Source: Macrostomum lignano
Lineage: Eukaryota
Assembly: GCA_002269645.1 (NCBI GenBank)
Contig: NIVC01004644.1
Location: 1-39,706 of the forward strand
Length of the DNA stretch: 39,706 nt
Reading direction: 5' to 3'
The notes under the pieces are model-generated. The model saw only the letters and a program-made list of their open reading frames with translations, was not told the origin of the DNA and ran no database searches. This document shows, piece by piece, positions 20,801-31,700 of this stretch (the stretch's first letter is position 1; each line of letters starts with the position of its first letter). Both the position numbers and the translations under genes were made by a program.

Positions 20801-23800
20801 TTCCATGATGAGATTCTCGGTAGTTTTCATGATAAGATTTTTGGTAGTTTCCATGATAACCTCTGTAGTTTCCATGATGAAATTTTTGGTAGTTTCCATG
20901 ATAATTTCTGTAGTTTCCATGATAATCTCGGTAGCTTCCGTGATGAGCTTTTTAGTAGTTTCCATGATTCACAATGTTATTTTGAGACTTGGGCGAAGAA
21001 TGTCGATATTGATATTCAGCCAGATAATCTCAGAGCTCAGCATCTCAAAATGCGCCTGGCTGTCTCGCCTCCTACTTTCCGCAGGCTGTCGGCCAGATGT
21101 TTCTGGCCCACGTGCTCGAATCGCCCATAGCAACAGTAATTAGCGTCGAGTCCAAGCCCAAGAATCGATGGCGCCCGTGCGCGCTGGACACGGTGGAATT
21201 CGAGAAGCTGGCCTCCCGCAAACTGCGCATCAACGCCAAGGAGGCGATGCACATCGCCGAGCGCCTGTACACGCAGGGCTACATCTCCTATCCGCGCACG
21301 GAGACGAACATATTCCCTAGGGATTTTAATTTGCGCGGCCTAGTTCAGACTCAAACTGCGGACAATCGGTGGGCCCAGTTTGCCCAGCGAGTGGCCGAGC
21401 ATGGGCCAAGCCCGCGGAATGGCAAGAAGTCTGATCAGGCCCATCCGCCTATTCACCCGCTGAAATGCGGTGACGGACTGGCTAATAATGAGGCCAAGGT
21501 GAGCCTGCGTTCTTGTTGTCAGCAACATGTGTTCTTCACTTTTTAAACCTGGAGACCTCGAAAGCCTATGGTATCTTTGGGACTGAGATAACTCCGGATT
21601 TAATGCCCCCTGAGATAATTATGGATTTAATGCCCCCTGAGATAATTATGGATTTAATGCCCCCTAAGTTAATTCAGAATTTAATGACCCCCAGAAATAA
21701 TTATGGGTTTAATGACCCCCTGAGATAGTTATGGATTTAATGACCCCCTGAAATAATTATGGATTTAATGACCCCCCTGGAATAAATCTGGATTTAATGA
21801 CCCCTTGAGGTAATTATGGATTTAATGACCCAGATAATTATGGATTTTATGACCCCTAGGATAATTCTAGATTTAATGACCCCCTGAGATAATTCTGGGT
21901 TTAATGACCCCCTGAGATAGTTATGGATTTAATGACCCCCTGAAATAATTATGGATTTAATGACTAGAATAAATCTGGATTTAATGACCCCTTGAGGTAA
22001 TTATGGATTTAATGACCCCCTAGGGATAATTCTAGATTTCAATGGGACCCCCACTGAGATAATTATAGTTTTAATGACCCCTGAAATAATTCTGGGTTTA
22101 GTGAGTCAATGACCCCCTGAGAAGATTATGGATTTAATGACCCCTGAGATAATCATGGATTTAATGACCCCTGAGATAATTATAAATTTAATGACCCCCT
22201 GAGATAATTATGCATTTAATGACCCCCTGAGATAATTATGCATTTAATGACCCCCCGCCGTGATAATTATAGATTTAATGATTCCTGAGATAATTATAGA
22301 TTTAATGACCCCCTAAGATAATTATAGATTTAATGACCCCCTAAGATAATTATGGATTTAATGACCACTGAGGTCAATCAGCATGCCATGAAAATTAAGT
22401 CACGACCCCTGTGAGGTAACCCCCTCGGTTGATTTCAACCGCTATGACCCACTTTGACACCGTGAGGAAACTTAACAGATGTTAAAGACCTTGTGAGTAT
22501 GCCAAATAACTATTCTAGAAGTACTCTATTACCCATCCCGCCAGGTATTCGAGCTGATCGCTCGCCACTTCCTAGCCTGCTGCTCCAAAGACGCCGTGGG
22601 TCGGGAGGTCAAAGTCGGCATAGACATCAACGGCGAAGGCTTCGAAGCCAAAGGCCTGACCATCATTGAGCGCAACTACCTGGAGGTGTACATCTACGAT
22701 AAATGGGTTGATAAAGAACTGCCGCTGTTCCAGCAGGGCCAGCAGTTTCAGCCTAGCAACATCAGCCTGATTGACGGGTGCACGACAGCTCCGGCCCTCC
22801 TAACCGAGGCCGACCTGATCGCCCTGATGGACCGGCACGGCATTGGAACAGATGCTACTCACGCTGAGCACATTGAAACTGTGAAACAGCGCCTGTATGT
22901 CGGGCTGCAGGACGCCAGGTATCTGGTGCCTGGCCAGCTGGGCATTGGCCTGGTCGAAGGCTACGACGCAATGGGATTTCAAATGTCCAAGCCGGACCTG
23001 CGCTCGGCGCTGGAAGCCGATTTGAAAGCCATCTGCGAGGGCCGGCGTTCTAAACAGGTAAGGCAACTTCTCTGTTAGAGTGTCGGACTCACGGCTGAAA
23101 GGTCGGGGGTTCGATTCCCGACCCACTCTGGACAATTTGTGTCCTTGAGCAAGACACTTAACTCTGCATTGCTTCAGTTCACCCAGCTGTAAAATGGGTG
23201 CCAGCATTAGCTGGGGTAATTGAGGGTGTGTGGCGACCCCCCCCCCAGTCCTTGGACTGAACAGCCGTAGAATCGAACCCGCGACCTTTGAGGCAAGCTT
23301 CTCGTTTCTTAGAATAGGATTTTAAAGCTACTTAATAGGCAGTAGTATCGATGGCATATTTATTGTTTTTGACAGTAAAATACTAAATAAATGAGGTTGA
23401 GATACTTAGCAATCAATAATATCGATTTTTCGTTCTCTCTCTCTGTTTTTCTCCCATCTCAGGACGTGCTCAGCTTCCATATTGAACGCTACAGGCGCGT
23501 ATTTGATGAAGCGTGTCGCCAGGCCAACCTGCTGGACGCCCGGGTCGGCCACTACTTGGACGAACAGCCGGCCGAAGCGCCCCAGCTACCCGCTGGCGAA
23601 GCCGGTGGTCAGGCCAATTCGACCAACTTGGTGAGGCGCTGCCCGCAGTGCTCAGCGGCCGACATGGCGCTCAAGACTAAGCGAGACGGCTCCAGTTACT
23701 ACGTTGGCTGCCTGGCCTATCCGACCTGCAAGCGCGCTGTCTGGCTGCCCGAGTCTGTCCGCCGGGCCGCCGTGTCCGATCAGAACTGTCCGACTTGTTC

Positions 23801-24701
23801 AACGCCGGGCGGCGCGGACGGACAGGTGCGAAAGCTGACGCTGCAGTTCAGCCAGGCGGCTCCGATGCCGTTCCGCGACTTGGCCGAGCACACCATCTGC
23901 GTCTTCTGCGATCCCGACTATGTTGGCGCGTTTGGCGGCGCTGCTAGCACCGTTGGAGGCGGAGGTGGCGGTGGCCAACCAAAACCATCCACTGCTATTA
24001 GTTTCCATGCCAACGAGCTGCAGGCAGCATCGATGCAGCAGCGTCTGTTTCTGCAGCCGCAGGATCGGCAGACTTTTGCTGTGCAGGCGCCAGCGCCAAT
24101 GCAGCAGCAGCCGCCGCCGCAGCCTCCAGGAGGTGCCTCCAACGCCGCTCCGGGCACCTGCGCTTGCGGTACACCTGTACGAGAACTGACTGTACGCAAA
24201 GAAGGCCCAAATAAGGGCAGACAATTCTACAAGTGCGCCACTGGTACCTGCAATCATTTCCAATGGGCTGATGCGCCACCTGGAGGCGGAGGCGGCGGTG
24301 GCGGTGGATTTGCTGGTGCATCGTTTTCAGCGTCGTCCACGCAATACGGTGGTGGCGGCGATTTTGGAAGCGGTGGAGGCGGTGGCTTCGGTGGAAACAG
24401 CGGCTTCGGCGGTGGTGGAGGCGGTGGCTTCGGTGGTGGTGGAGGTGGCGGAAGCAGCGGCTTCGGCGGTGGTGGAGGCGGTGGCTTCGGTGGTGGTGGA
24501 GGTGGCGGAAGCAGCGGCTTCGGCGGTGGTGGAGGTGGAAGCGGCGGCGGAGCTGCCTCAGGCGTCAGTTGCAAGTGCGGCGAGCCGGCCCGCGAGCGGA
24601 CGGTGCAGAAAGACGGGCCAAACAAAGGCAGGCCGTTCTTCGGCTGCGCTAAGCCGATGAATCAGAGCTGCAACTTCTTTCAGTGGGGCGACGAGCCCGC
24701 T

Positions 24702-24734
<33 letters not shown>

Positions 24735-24789
24735 AGCGGCTTTGCCAACAGTAGCTTTGGCAGCGGCAGCAGCAGAGGTGGCTTCAGCC

Positions 24790-24824
<35 letters not shown>

Positions 24825-24989
24825 TTCCAAAAGGCCAACAGCCATGGCAACCGACGCTCCGGCGGCGGCGGCGGCGGCGGCGGCGGCAGCGACGGCGGTG
24901 GCGGTGACGGGCAGAAAAAGCAACGCAAGTGCGGCGCCTGCGGACAGCCGGGCCACACTAGAAACCGATGCGCAATGTTTATCAACTAG
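17306..24989 (+). CDS. TOP3A: DNA topoisomerase III alpha, join(17306..17831,19896..20271,21085..21498,22545..23057,23463..24989), with one 1-nt deletion at ~17494
   Basis: TOPRIM (VLNVAEKNDAAK, TSVSGHL, WTDCDREGENIG), ELDLRIGAAFTRFQT, active-site YISYPRTET, DQAHPPIHP, HGIGTDATHAEHIETVK, then zf-C4, two GRF fingers and a CCHC finger, the TOP3A-type C-terminus. All four introns are GT-AG and frame-compatible. Confidence 0.95.
17857..19745. repeat. 32-bp minisatellite in TOP3A intron 1 (GGATTCTYGTGCAGGATTCAGAATGGGGATAT), two sub-arrays separated by unique sequence at ~18810-18892
   Basis: Period 32 read directly; it produces 32-aa periodicity in the ORF track. Confidence 0.95.
19896..20271 (+). 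CDS. TOP3A: TOP3A exon 2
   Basis: CCCACAG|A CTT GAC GTA..(R)LDVYRAKFSEIT..GRVYDQ|GTTTGT. Confidence 0.9.
20348..20968. repeat. ~23-25-bp minisatellite in TOP3A intron 2 (GTAGTTTCCATGATGAGATTCTCG)
   Basis: Periodicity read directly; 8-aa repeats appear in the antisense ORFs. Confidence 0.9.
21085..21498 (+). CDS. TOP3A: TOP3A exon 3 (catalytic Tyr region)
   Basis: TTTCCGCAG|GCT GTC..AERLYTQGYISYPRTETN..NNEAK|GTGAGC. Confidence 0.92.
21583..22372. repeat. ~27-29-bp minisatellite in TOP3A intron 3 (GAGATAATTATGGATTTAATGACCCCCT)
   Basis: Periodicity read directly; unit length varies with the C-run. Confidence 0.9.
22545..23057 (+). CDS. TOP3A: TOP3A exon 4
   Basis: CCCGCCAG|GTA TTC..VFELIARHFLACCSKDA..ICEGRRSKQ|GTAAGG. 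Confidence 0.92.
23073..23290 (+). mobile_element. tRNA-derived SINE with CORE/Nin(Deu)-like central domain, in TOP3A intron 4
   Basis: tRNA-like head with B-box GGTTCGATTCC at 23108-23118 (A-box truncated). It is followed by TGTGTCCTTGAGCAAGACACTTAACTC..CTTCAGTTCACCCAGCTGTAAAATGGG (23138-23198), resembling the MIR CORE and Nin/Deu-domain consensus as I recall it. Confidence 0.7.
23463..24989 (+). CDS. TOP3A: TOP3A exon 5 (zf-C4, GRF1, Gly-rich linker, GRF2, Gly-rich linker, CCHC)
   Basis: CATCTCAG|GAC GTG..; CPQC..CLAYPTC, CACG..VRKEGPNKGRQFYKC, CKCG..KDGPNKGRPFFGC, CGACGQPGHTRNRC; TAG stop ends at 24989. Confidence 0.92.
24398..24535 (+). repeat. 57-bp coding tandem repeat (SGFGGGGGGGFGGGGGGGS, ~2.4 copies) in TOP3A exon 5
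   Basis: Units start at 24398, 24455 and 24512. Confidence 0.9.
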
Positions 24990-25918
24990 CAGGCCCTTGA
25001 GCCAGTGTTTTATTGTTTCGATACGATTTTCGACTTACTTTCTCGATGCAAATTAAGCAGCATTTCTTCCTACCTTTTTTACTAGTTACTTTCTCAATAG
25101 TAAAGCGGTGTTATCTGTGTTGCTACCAGGCAACGAATATAGCATGTAAATCTTGCAAAAATATATCAAGAAACGTTTATATTGTTTATTCTTTGTTTCG
25201 TTTGTCAAGCATGTTTTTTATAAGTTTTAAATTCTAATTTTTACATTGGCAGTGTTTTTATTTGGCGTTTCTTGTTTACCGTATTAGGGGAGCTGCATTG
25301 GAGGAGCTGCATATAGTCGCAGGGGGGCGTTGGCCGCCCCTGGCGTAATCACTGAGGCAATTCTGCCCATTCCGCTGACTTCTGAACACATACAAGCGGG
25401 TCAATACTGTAGGCAGCATATGTACTCTATAACTTAGTGATTAAATAAATTATAGGGAATGGAGTTTTTTATTTTTTGAGCACAAAATTTGCAATTACTT
25501 TATAGTCTTCACATTCAGTAGTAAGCCTTCATTAAATTAGAATAAAATGCCTGATTTATAGGCCATAAATAAATTTATTTGTTTTAATTTATGAATTAGG
25601 GTTGTGGCGCGAGAGTCAGACGCTTTTGGCACCTGAGTTGCTCCGCCTTAGCGTTGCCCAAACTGAGGTATTGAATTTCTCGGCTTTGCCTGACTAATAG
25701 ATTAGAACTCTCTCAAAGCCTTTTGTGCTGCTGTCTTTTGTCCTTGTTGGTAGGCTCTCAATTCAACTTTAAAATTGAAATAATAGTTCCCGTTGTCATT
25801 GGCAACGTGGATATACAAGCTTGCCGGATGAGCAGAAAAGGCAGACAGATCGGAATGAAGCGATCGATGTGGAGAGCAAAGTTGAGAAGTCAAGCTTAGA
25901 GGTTTGACTTTGGCGTCC

Positions 25919-26407
25919 ATGGCAATTCTGTATCGAGCTCAGCCGCTTCTTGTCCTCACACTTTATGCTGTTGCTGTCCGGCTGTCGCGGGCGGCCATTC
26001 GCCTCGGTGGCTACTGTGACAGCCAGCCGGACGCTTTCGCTTGCAGTCCGGGGCGCGTGGCCGGCGCCACAATCGGCGCCATCTTATCTGTCGGCCTGTT
26101 AGTTGGAATCATCGCCGCCTGCTGTCTGTGGCGCCATCGGGCTAACAAAGTGCGCTGCAGCAGGTCAACCGCTCGGCAGCAGCTACCAGAGCCGGCTGGG
26201 CAGATCCCCATGGTCCCAGCGATGTGGCCGCCGCCTCCGCCGTACAGTCCGCCAGCAGTTGGAGCTGGCGCTCTCCGCAATGCCGGCTTTGCTGCAGACG
26301 AATGCTTTGAAGAGCCGCAACAGCCGCCGCCGACGCCACCGCATCTAGATTCCATTCAAGACAGTCCGCTGAAGCAGAAGCAGCTGGAAATACCACCAGT
26401 CAGTTAG
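25919..26407 (+). CDS. Intronless type I single-pass membrane protein (~162 aa): signal peptide, tiny 2-Cys ectodomain, TM, juxtamembrane CC, PPxY motif; Shisa-like/WBP1/CYYR1-type architecture
   Basis: MAILYRAQPLLVLTLYAVAVRLSRA (signal-like); VAGATIGAILSVGLLVGIIAACCL (TM) followed by WRHR; WPPPPPYSPP; ATG in GTCCATGG context; GC-rich codon style like the other host genes. Confidence 0.65.
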   Translation: MAILYRAQPLLVLTLYAVAVRLSRAAIRLGGYCDSQPDAFACSPGRVAGATIGAILSVGLLVGIIAACCLWRHRANKVRCSRSTARQQLPEPAGQIPMVPAMWPPPPPYSPPAVGAGALRNAGFAADECFEEPQQPPPTPPHLDSIQDSPLKQKQLEIPPVS

Positions 26408-26681
26408 AAGTTGACTCAGCATGTGCGCTGCTTCTTTTAAAGTGCACCGCCTTCTTTTCATCGCGAAAGAAGTTTTTTTTTAAAGTTAGATTTTTTAGGT
26501 TAACAAACTTCACCGAAAGACACTTAACTAGGATTGAGCGCTTCTTTAATTAAATACTACGATACGTTACGCTCGTAACTCAAGTTAAATACATTTACTA
26601 CATAAGGTTACACGGCTCTTCTTTTTAACTTTAAAGTTGACAGAACACTTGAGCTCTTTATTACGTCAGTGGAATAGTTTC

Positions 26682-26827
26682 GTTCAGTATGCTCTAGAGA
26701 ATGCACAGCTAGGCCTGAATGGGGTTCCGCCATAGACAAATCCGATTTCACTGAACGCACTGGCGATACGGCCGGCCTCCAGCTGATTTCTAAGAAAATC
26801 AAGTGTAGCGTGTTTCTGCTTCAGTTG
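26682..26827. repeat. Second copy of the dispersed repeat, with a 61-bp internal inversion
   Basis: See 5706-5842. The inverted part 26689-26749 is flanked by GTTCAGT (26682-26688) and ACTGAAC (26750-26756). Confidence 0.7.
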
Positions 26828-26847
26828 CCCGTGTGTCTACTCGTAGA

Positions 26848-26985
26848 TTCGGGTTGGCAAACTTTTTACTTAAGGGGCCAGATATGAGAGGGGAGATGAG
26901 AGGGGCGAATAACAAGAGAGCTGAGAAGAGACAAACTTTGAACAGGCCGGATTGCTATTGTGAATTTTCAAAGGATCCGAGGGTC
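26848..26985 (+). mobile_element. Partial hAT(Charlie-like) MITE, related to 33801-34507
   Basis: Begins GGGTTGGCAAACTTTTT..AAGGGGCCAGAT, a hAT-type terminus. Shares GAGAGCTGAGAAGAGAC and ATTGCTATTGTGAA.TTTCAAAGGA.CCGAG with the 33.8-34.5 kb element. Right end not found; the 22-bp array starts there. Confidence 0.6.
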
Positions 26986-26989
26986 GTAT

Positions 26990-27560
26990 AGTAAATTTGT
27001 ACAGCTACTGCAGAAATTTGTACAGCTACTGCAGTAAATTTGTACAGCTACTGCAGTAAATTTGTACAGCTACTGCAGTAAGTTTGTACAGCTACTGCAG
27101 TAAGTTTGTACAGCTACTGCAGTAAATTGGTACAGCTACTGCAGTAAATTTGTACAGCTACTGCAGTAAGTTTGTACAGCTACTGCAGTAAATTGGTACA
27201 GCTACTGCAGTAAATTTGTACAGCTACTGCAGTAAGTTTGTACAGCTACTGCAGTAAATTGGTACAGCTACTGCAGTAAATTTGTACAGCTACTGCAGTA
27301 AGTTTGTACAGCTACTGCAGTAAATTGGTACAGCTACTGCAGTAAATTTGTACAGCTACTGCAGTAAATGTGTACAACCACTGCAGTAAATTTGTACAGC
27401 TACTGCAGTAAATTGGTACAGCTACTGCAGTAAATTTGTACAGCTACTGCAGTAAGTTTGTACAGCTACTGCAGTAAATTGGTACAGCTACTGCAGTAAA
27501 TTTGTACAGCTACTGCAGTAAATGTGTACAACCACTGCAGTAAATTTGTACAGCTACTGC
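26990..27560. repeat. 22-bp minisatellite (TACAGCTACTGCAGTAAATTTG), ~26 copies, with 3-unit higher-order pattern
   Basis: Period 22 read directly; the variants AATTGG/AATTTG/AGTTTG cycle. Confidence 0.95.
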
Positions 27561-28229
27561 GCAGTTGACTGTCAAAGTAATCTAATCAAAAACGTTTTTC
27601 CTATGCTAGTCGCAGATAAATCTCGTGTACGCTTGTACTTCTGATAATATTGGCACGCACATTGTACTCTTTAGAGTTTAAATTCAAATTATAACTTCTG
27701 TCTAAAACAACCAAAACACAAATGATATTACAAGTACAGTCCAAAAATGTTCACGAACCATTAATCGGTTTTATGAATAAAAATATATAAACTTCCTAGA
27801 AACCCATTGCCTTTTTAGGCCTTTGATTGGAAGGAGGTCTTTCAGGTCTATGAGTGGATAAAATAGTGTTAGTATGGCACCCCATATATGGATAAACAAG
27901 ATAATTCTATAGCTGGATTCAAATACTGATTGAGCACGGCTAACTCTGTGGTCAGTCGCCCATATGCTGCCTAAACAATGGTGATAATTAGCTGGTGACG
28001 GATGCCAAACATTAATATTAACGTACACTACCTATACAGTAGCGCTTCCTTATATTTACCCACGGCTAACTTGCTGAGTCAATAGACTCGGTGTGGGATC
28101 TGTTAGGCTATATATGCAGCGATAGAAAGCCAGCAATTGCAAAGGCTAATTGTGCATGTACGTGACGAATCCGGAAGGTTCTCCTGATCTTTGAAATCCA
28201 TTAGCAATCACAAAGGCGTTCAGTTTGCT

Positions 28230-28536
28230 ATGGTGAGTTTTTGCAGAGCAGTTGATGAGGTGTTTATCCATCTATACATCATATCGCGCATCAATGTAGG
28301 AATTCGCGCAGCTTGAGCAGATGCCGGAGCTGAAGCGCATCCTGCACGAGGACGACGCGGAGTCGCTGATCGTCCAGCTCGAGCTGGCCAAGCCCCTCTC
28401 TCTGCAGCAGATTCTGCAGCTTGGTATCGAGCAGCTGGGTGAAGACGCCGGCACTGATGACTGCATCAAGTGCGGCAGGCCCGACTTCACTTTTGGCAGT
28501 GCGAAGCTGCAGTTTTGCTTCTTGAACAGTGGATAA
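28230..28536 (+). pseudogene. Truncated paralogous 5' end of the TRPV-like gene, join(28230..28232,28300..28536)
   Basis: 28319-28490 equals 7455-7626 with 3 mismatches in 172 bp. It is preceded by ATG|GTGAGT..TGTAG|GAA (67-nt intron, in frame). Homology stops abruptly at 28490. Confidence 0.7.
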
Positions 28537-28709
28537 CAACTGGGGTCAACATATTCAATAGTAACGGAATCTACTTTGTACAGTGGGTAACTAAGTAGTT
28601 TTGATGAGTTAAATTTATCTCATCCATTATAACTAAAAGCTAACTCGTAACTCGTAAAAGCTAACGGTAAATAATAATAGATACAAGTACTTATATAGTT
28701 TACTACAGT

Positions 28710-31700
28710 TGTCACCTAACCATTATTTTGTCATCCAACTGATATCTATTGCCACCTAACTGATATCTTTTGTCACCTAACTGATTTGTATTGTCACCTA
28801 ACTGATATCTATTGTCACCTAACTGATATCTATTGTCACCTAACTGATATCTATTGTTACCTAACTGATATCTATTGTCACCTAACTGATATCTATTGTC
28901 ACCTAACTGATATCTATTGTCACCTAACTGATATCTATTGTTACCAAACTGATATCTATTGTCACCTAACTGATATCTATTGTCACCTAACTGATAAATA
29001 TTGTCACCTAACTGATATCTATTGTCACCTAACTGATATCCATTGTCACCGAACTGATATCTATTGTCACCTAACTGATATCTATTGTCATCTAACTGAT
29101 ACCTATTGTCACCTTACTGATATCTATTATCACCTAACTGATACCTATTGTCACCTAACTGATATCTATTGTTTTCAACTAACTGATACCTATTGTCACC
29201 GAACTGATATCTATTGTCACCTAACTGATATCTATTGTTGTCACCTAACTGATACCTATTGTCACCTAACTGATATCTATTGTTGTCACCTAACTGATAC
29301 CTATTGTCACCTAACTGATATCTATTGTTGTCACCTAACTGATACCTATTGTCACCTAACTGATATCTATTGTCACCCAACTGATATCTATTGTCACCTA
29401 ACTGATATCTATTGTCACCTAACTGATATCTATTGTCACCTAACTGATACCTATTGTCACCTAACTGATACCTATTGTCACCTAAATGATATCTATTGTT
29501 GTCACCTAACTGATACCTATTGTCACCTAAATGATATCTATTGTTGTCACCTAACTGATATCTATTGTCACCCAACTGATATCTATTGTCACCTAAATGA
29601 TATATTTGTCACCTAACTGATATCTATTGTCACCCAACTGATATCTATTGCACCTAACTGATATCTTTTGTCACCTAACTGATTTACTGTCACCTAACTG
29701 ATATCTATTGTCACCTAACTGATATCTATTGTCACCTAACTGATATCTATTGTCACCTAACTGATATCTATTGTCACCTAACTGATATCTATTGTCACCT
29801 AACTGATATCTATTGTCACCTAACTGATATCTATTGTCACCTAACTGATATCTATTGTCACCTAACTGATATCTATTGTCACCTAACTGATATCTATTGT
29901 CACCTAACTGATATCTATTGTCACCTAACTGATATCTATTGTCACCTAACTGATATCTATTGTCACCTAACTGATATCTATTGTCACCTAACTGATATCT
30001 ATTGTCACCTAACTGATATCTATTGTCACCTAACTGATATCTATTGTCACCTAACTGATACCTATTGTCACCTAACTGATATCTATTGTCACCTAACTGA
30101 TACCTATTGTCACCTAACTGATATCTATTGTCACCTAACTGATATCTATTGTCACCTAACTGATATCTATTGTCACCTAACTGATATCTATTGTCACCTA
30201 ACTGATATCTATTGTCACCTAACTGATATCTATTGTCACCTAACTGATACTATTGTCACCTAACTGATATCTATTGTCACCTAACTGATATCTATTGTCA
30301 CCTAACTGATATCTATTGTCACCTAACTGATATCTATTGTCACCTAACTGATATATTGTCACCTAACTGATATCTATTGTCACCTAACTGATATCTATTG
30401 TCACCTAACTGATATCTATTGTCACCGAACTGATACCTATTGTCACCTAACTGATATCTATGTCACCTAACTGATATCTATTGTCACCTAACTGATATCT
30501 ATTGTCACCTAACTGATATCTATTGTCACCTAACTGATATCTATTGTCACCTAACTGATATCTATTGTCACCTAACTGATATCTATTGTCACCTAACTGA
30601 TATCTATTGTCACCTAACTGATATCTATTGTCACCTAACTGATATCTATTGTCACCTAACTGATATCTATTGTCACCTAACTGATATCTATTGTCACCTA
30701 ACTGATATCTATTGTCACCTAACTGATACTATTGTCACCTAACTGATATCTATTGTCACCTAACTGATATCTATTGTCACCTAACTGATATCTATTGTCA
30801 CCTAACTGATATCTATTGTCACCTAACTGATACCTATTGTCACCTAACTGATATCTATTGTCACCTAACTGATATCTATTGTCACCTAACTGATATCTAT
30901 TGTCACCTAACTGATATCTATTGTCACCTAACTGATATCTATTGTCACCTAACTGATATCTATTGTCACCTAACTGATATCTATTGTCACCTAACTGATA
31001 TCTATTGTCACCTAACTGATACTATTGTCACCTAACTGATATCTATTGTCACCTAACTGATATCTATTGTCACCTAACTGATACCTATTGTCACCTAACT
31101 GATATCTATTGTCACCTAACTGATATCTATTGTCACCTAACTGATATCTATTGTCACCTAACTGATATCTATTGTCACCTAACTGATATCTATTGTCACC
31201 TAACTGATATCTATTGTCACCTAACTGATATCTATTGTCACCTAACTGATATCTATTGTCACCTAACTGATATCTATTGTCACCTAACTGATATCTATTG
31301 TCACCTAACTGATATCTATTGTCACCTAACTGATATCTATTGTCACCTAACTGATATCTATTGTCACCTAACTGATATCTATTGTCACCTAACTGAATCT
31401 ATTGTCACCTAACTGATATCTATTGTCACCTAACTGATATCTATTGTCACCGAACTGATACCTATTGTCACCTAACTGATATCTACTGTCACCTAACTGA
31501 TACCTTTTGTCACCTAACTGATATCTATTGTCACCTAACTGATATCTATTGTCACCTAACTGATACCTATTGTCACCTAACTGATATCTATTGTCACCTA
31601 ACTGATATGTATTGTCACCTAACTGATATCTATTGTCACCTAACTGAAATCTATTGTCACCTAACTGATATCTATTGTCACCTAACTGATCTATTGTCAC

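Noticed and set aside
20153-21143. METTKNLI-type ORFs
   Set aside because: Translation of the intron-2 minisatellite.
23073-23125. tRNA gene
   Set aside because: The 5' acceptor/D-arm half is missing and the sequence runs into a SINE core; treated as a SINE head.
5706-28490. ~21-kb segmental duplication suggested by similar offsets of two repeat pairs (5.7/26.7 kb and 7.5/28.3 kb)
   Set aside because: The pairs have very different identity (roughly 80% versus 98%) and I found no similarity in the intervening sequence; coincidence cannot be excluded.
28786-31700. YCHLTDI / GDNRYQL repeat ORFs
   Set aside because: A 21-bp unit is a multiple of 3; no start context, splice or domain evidence.
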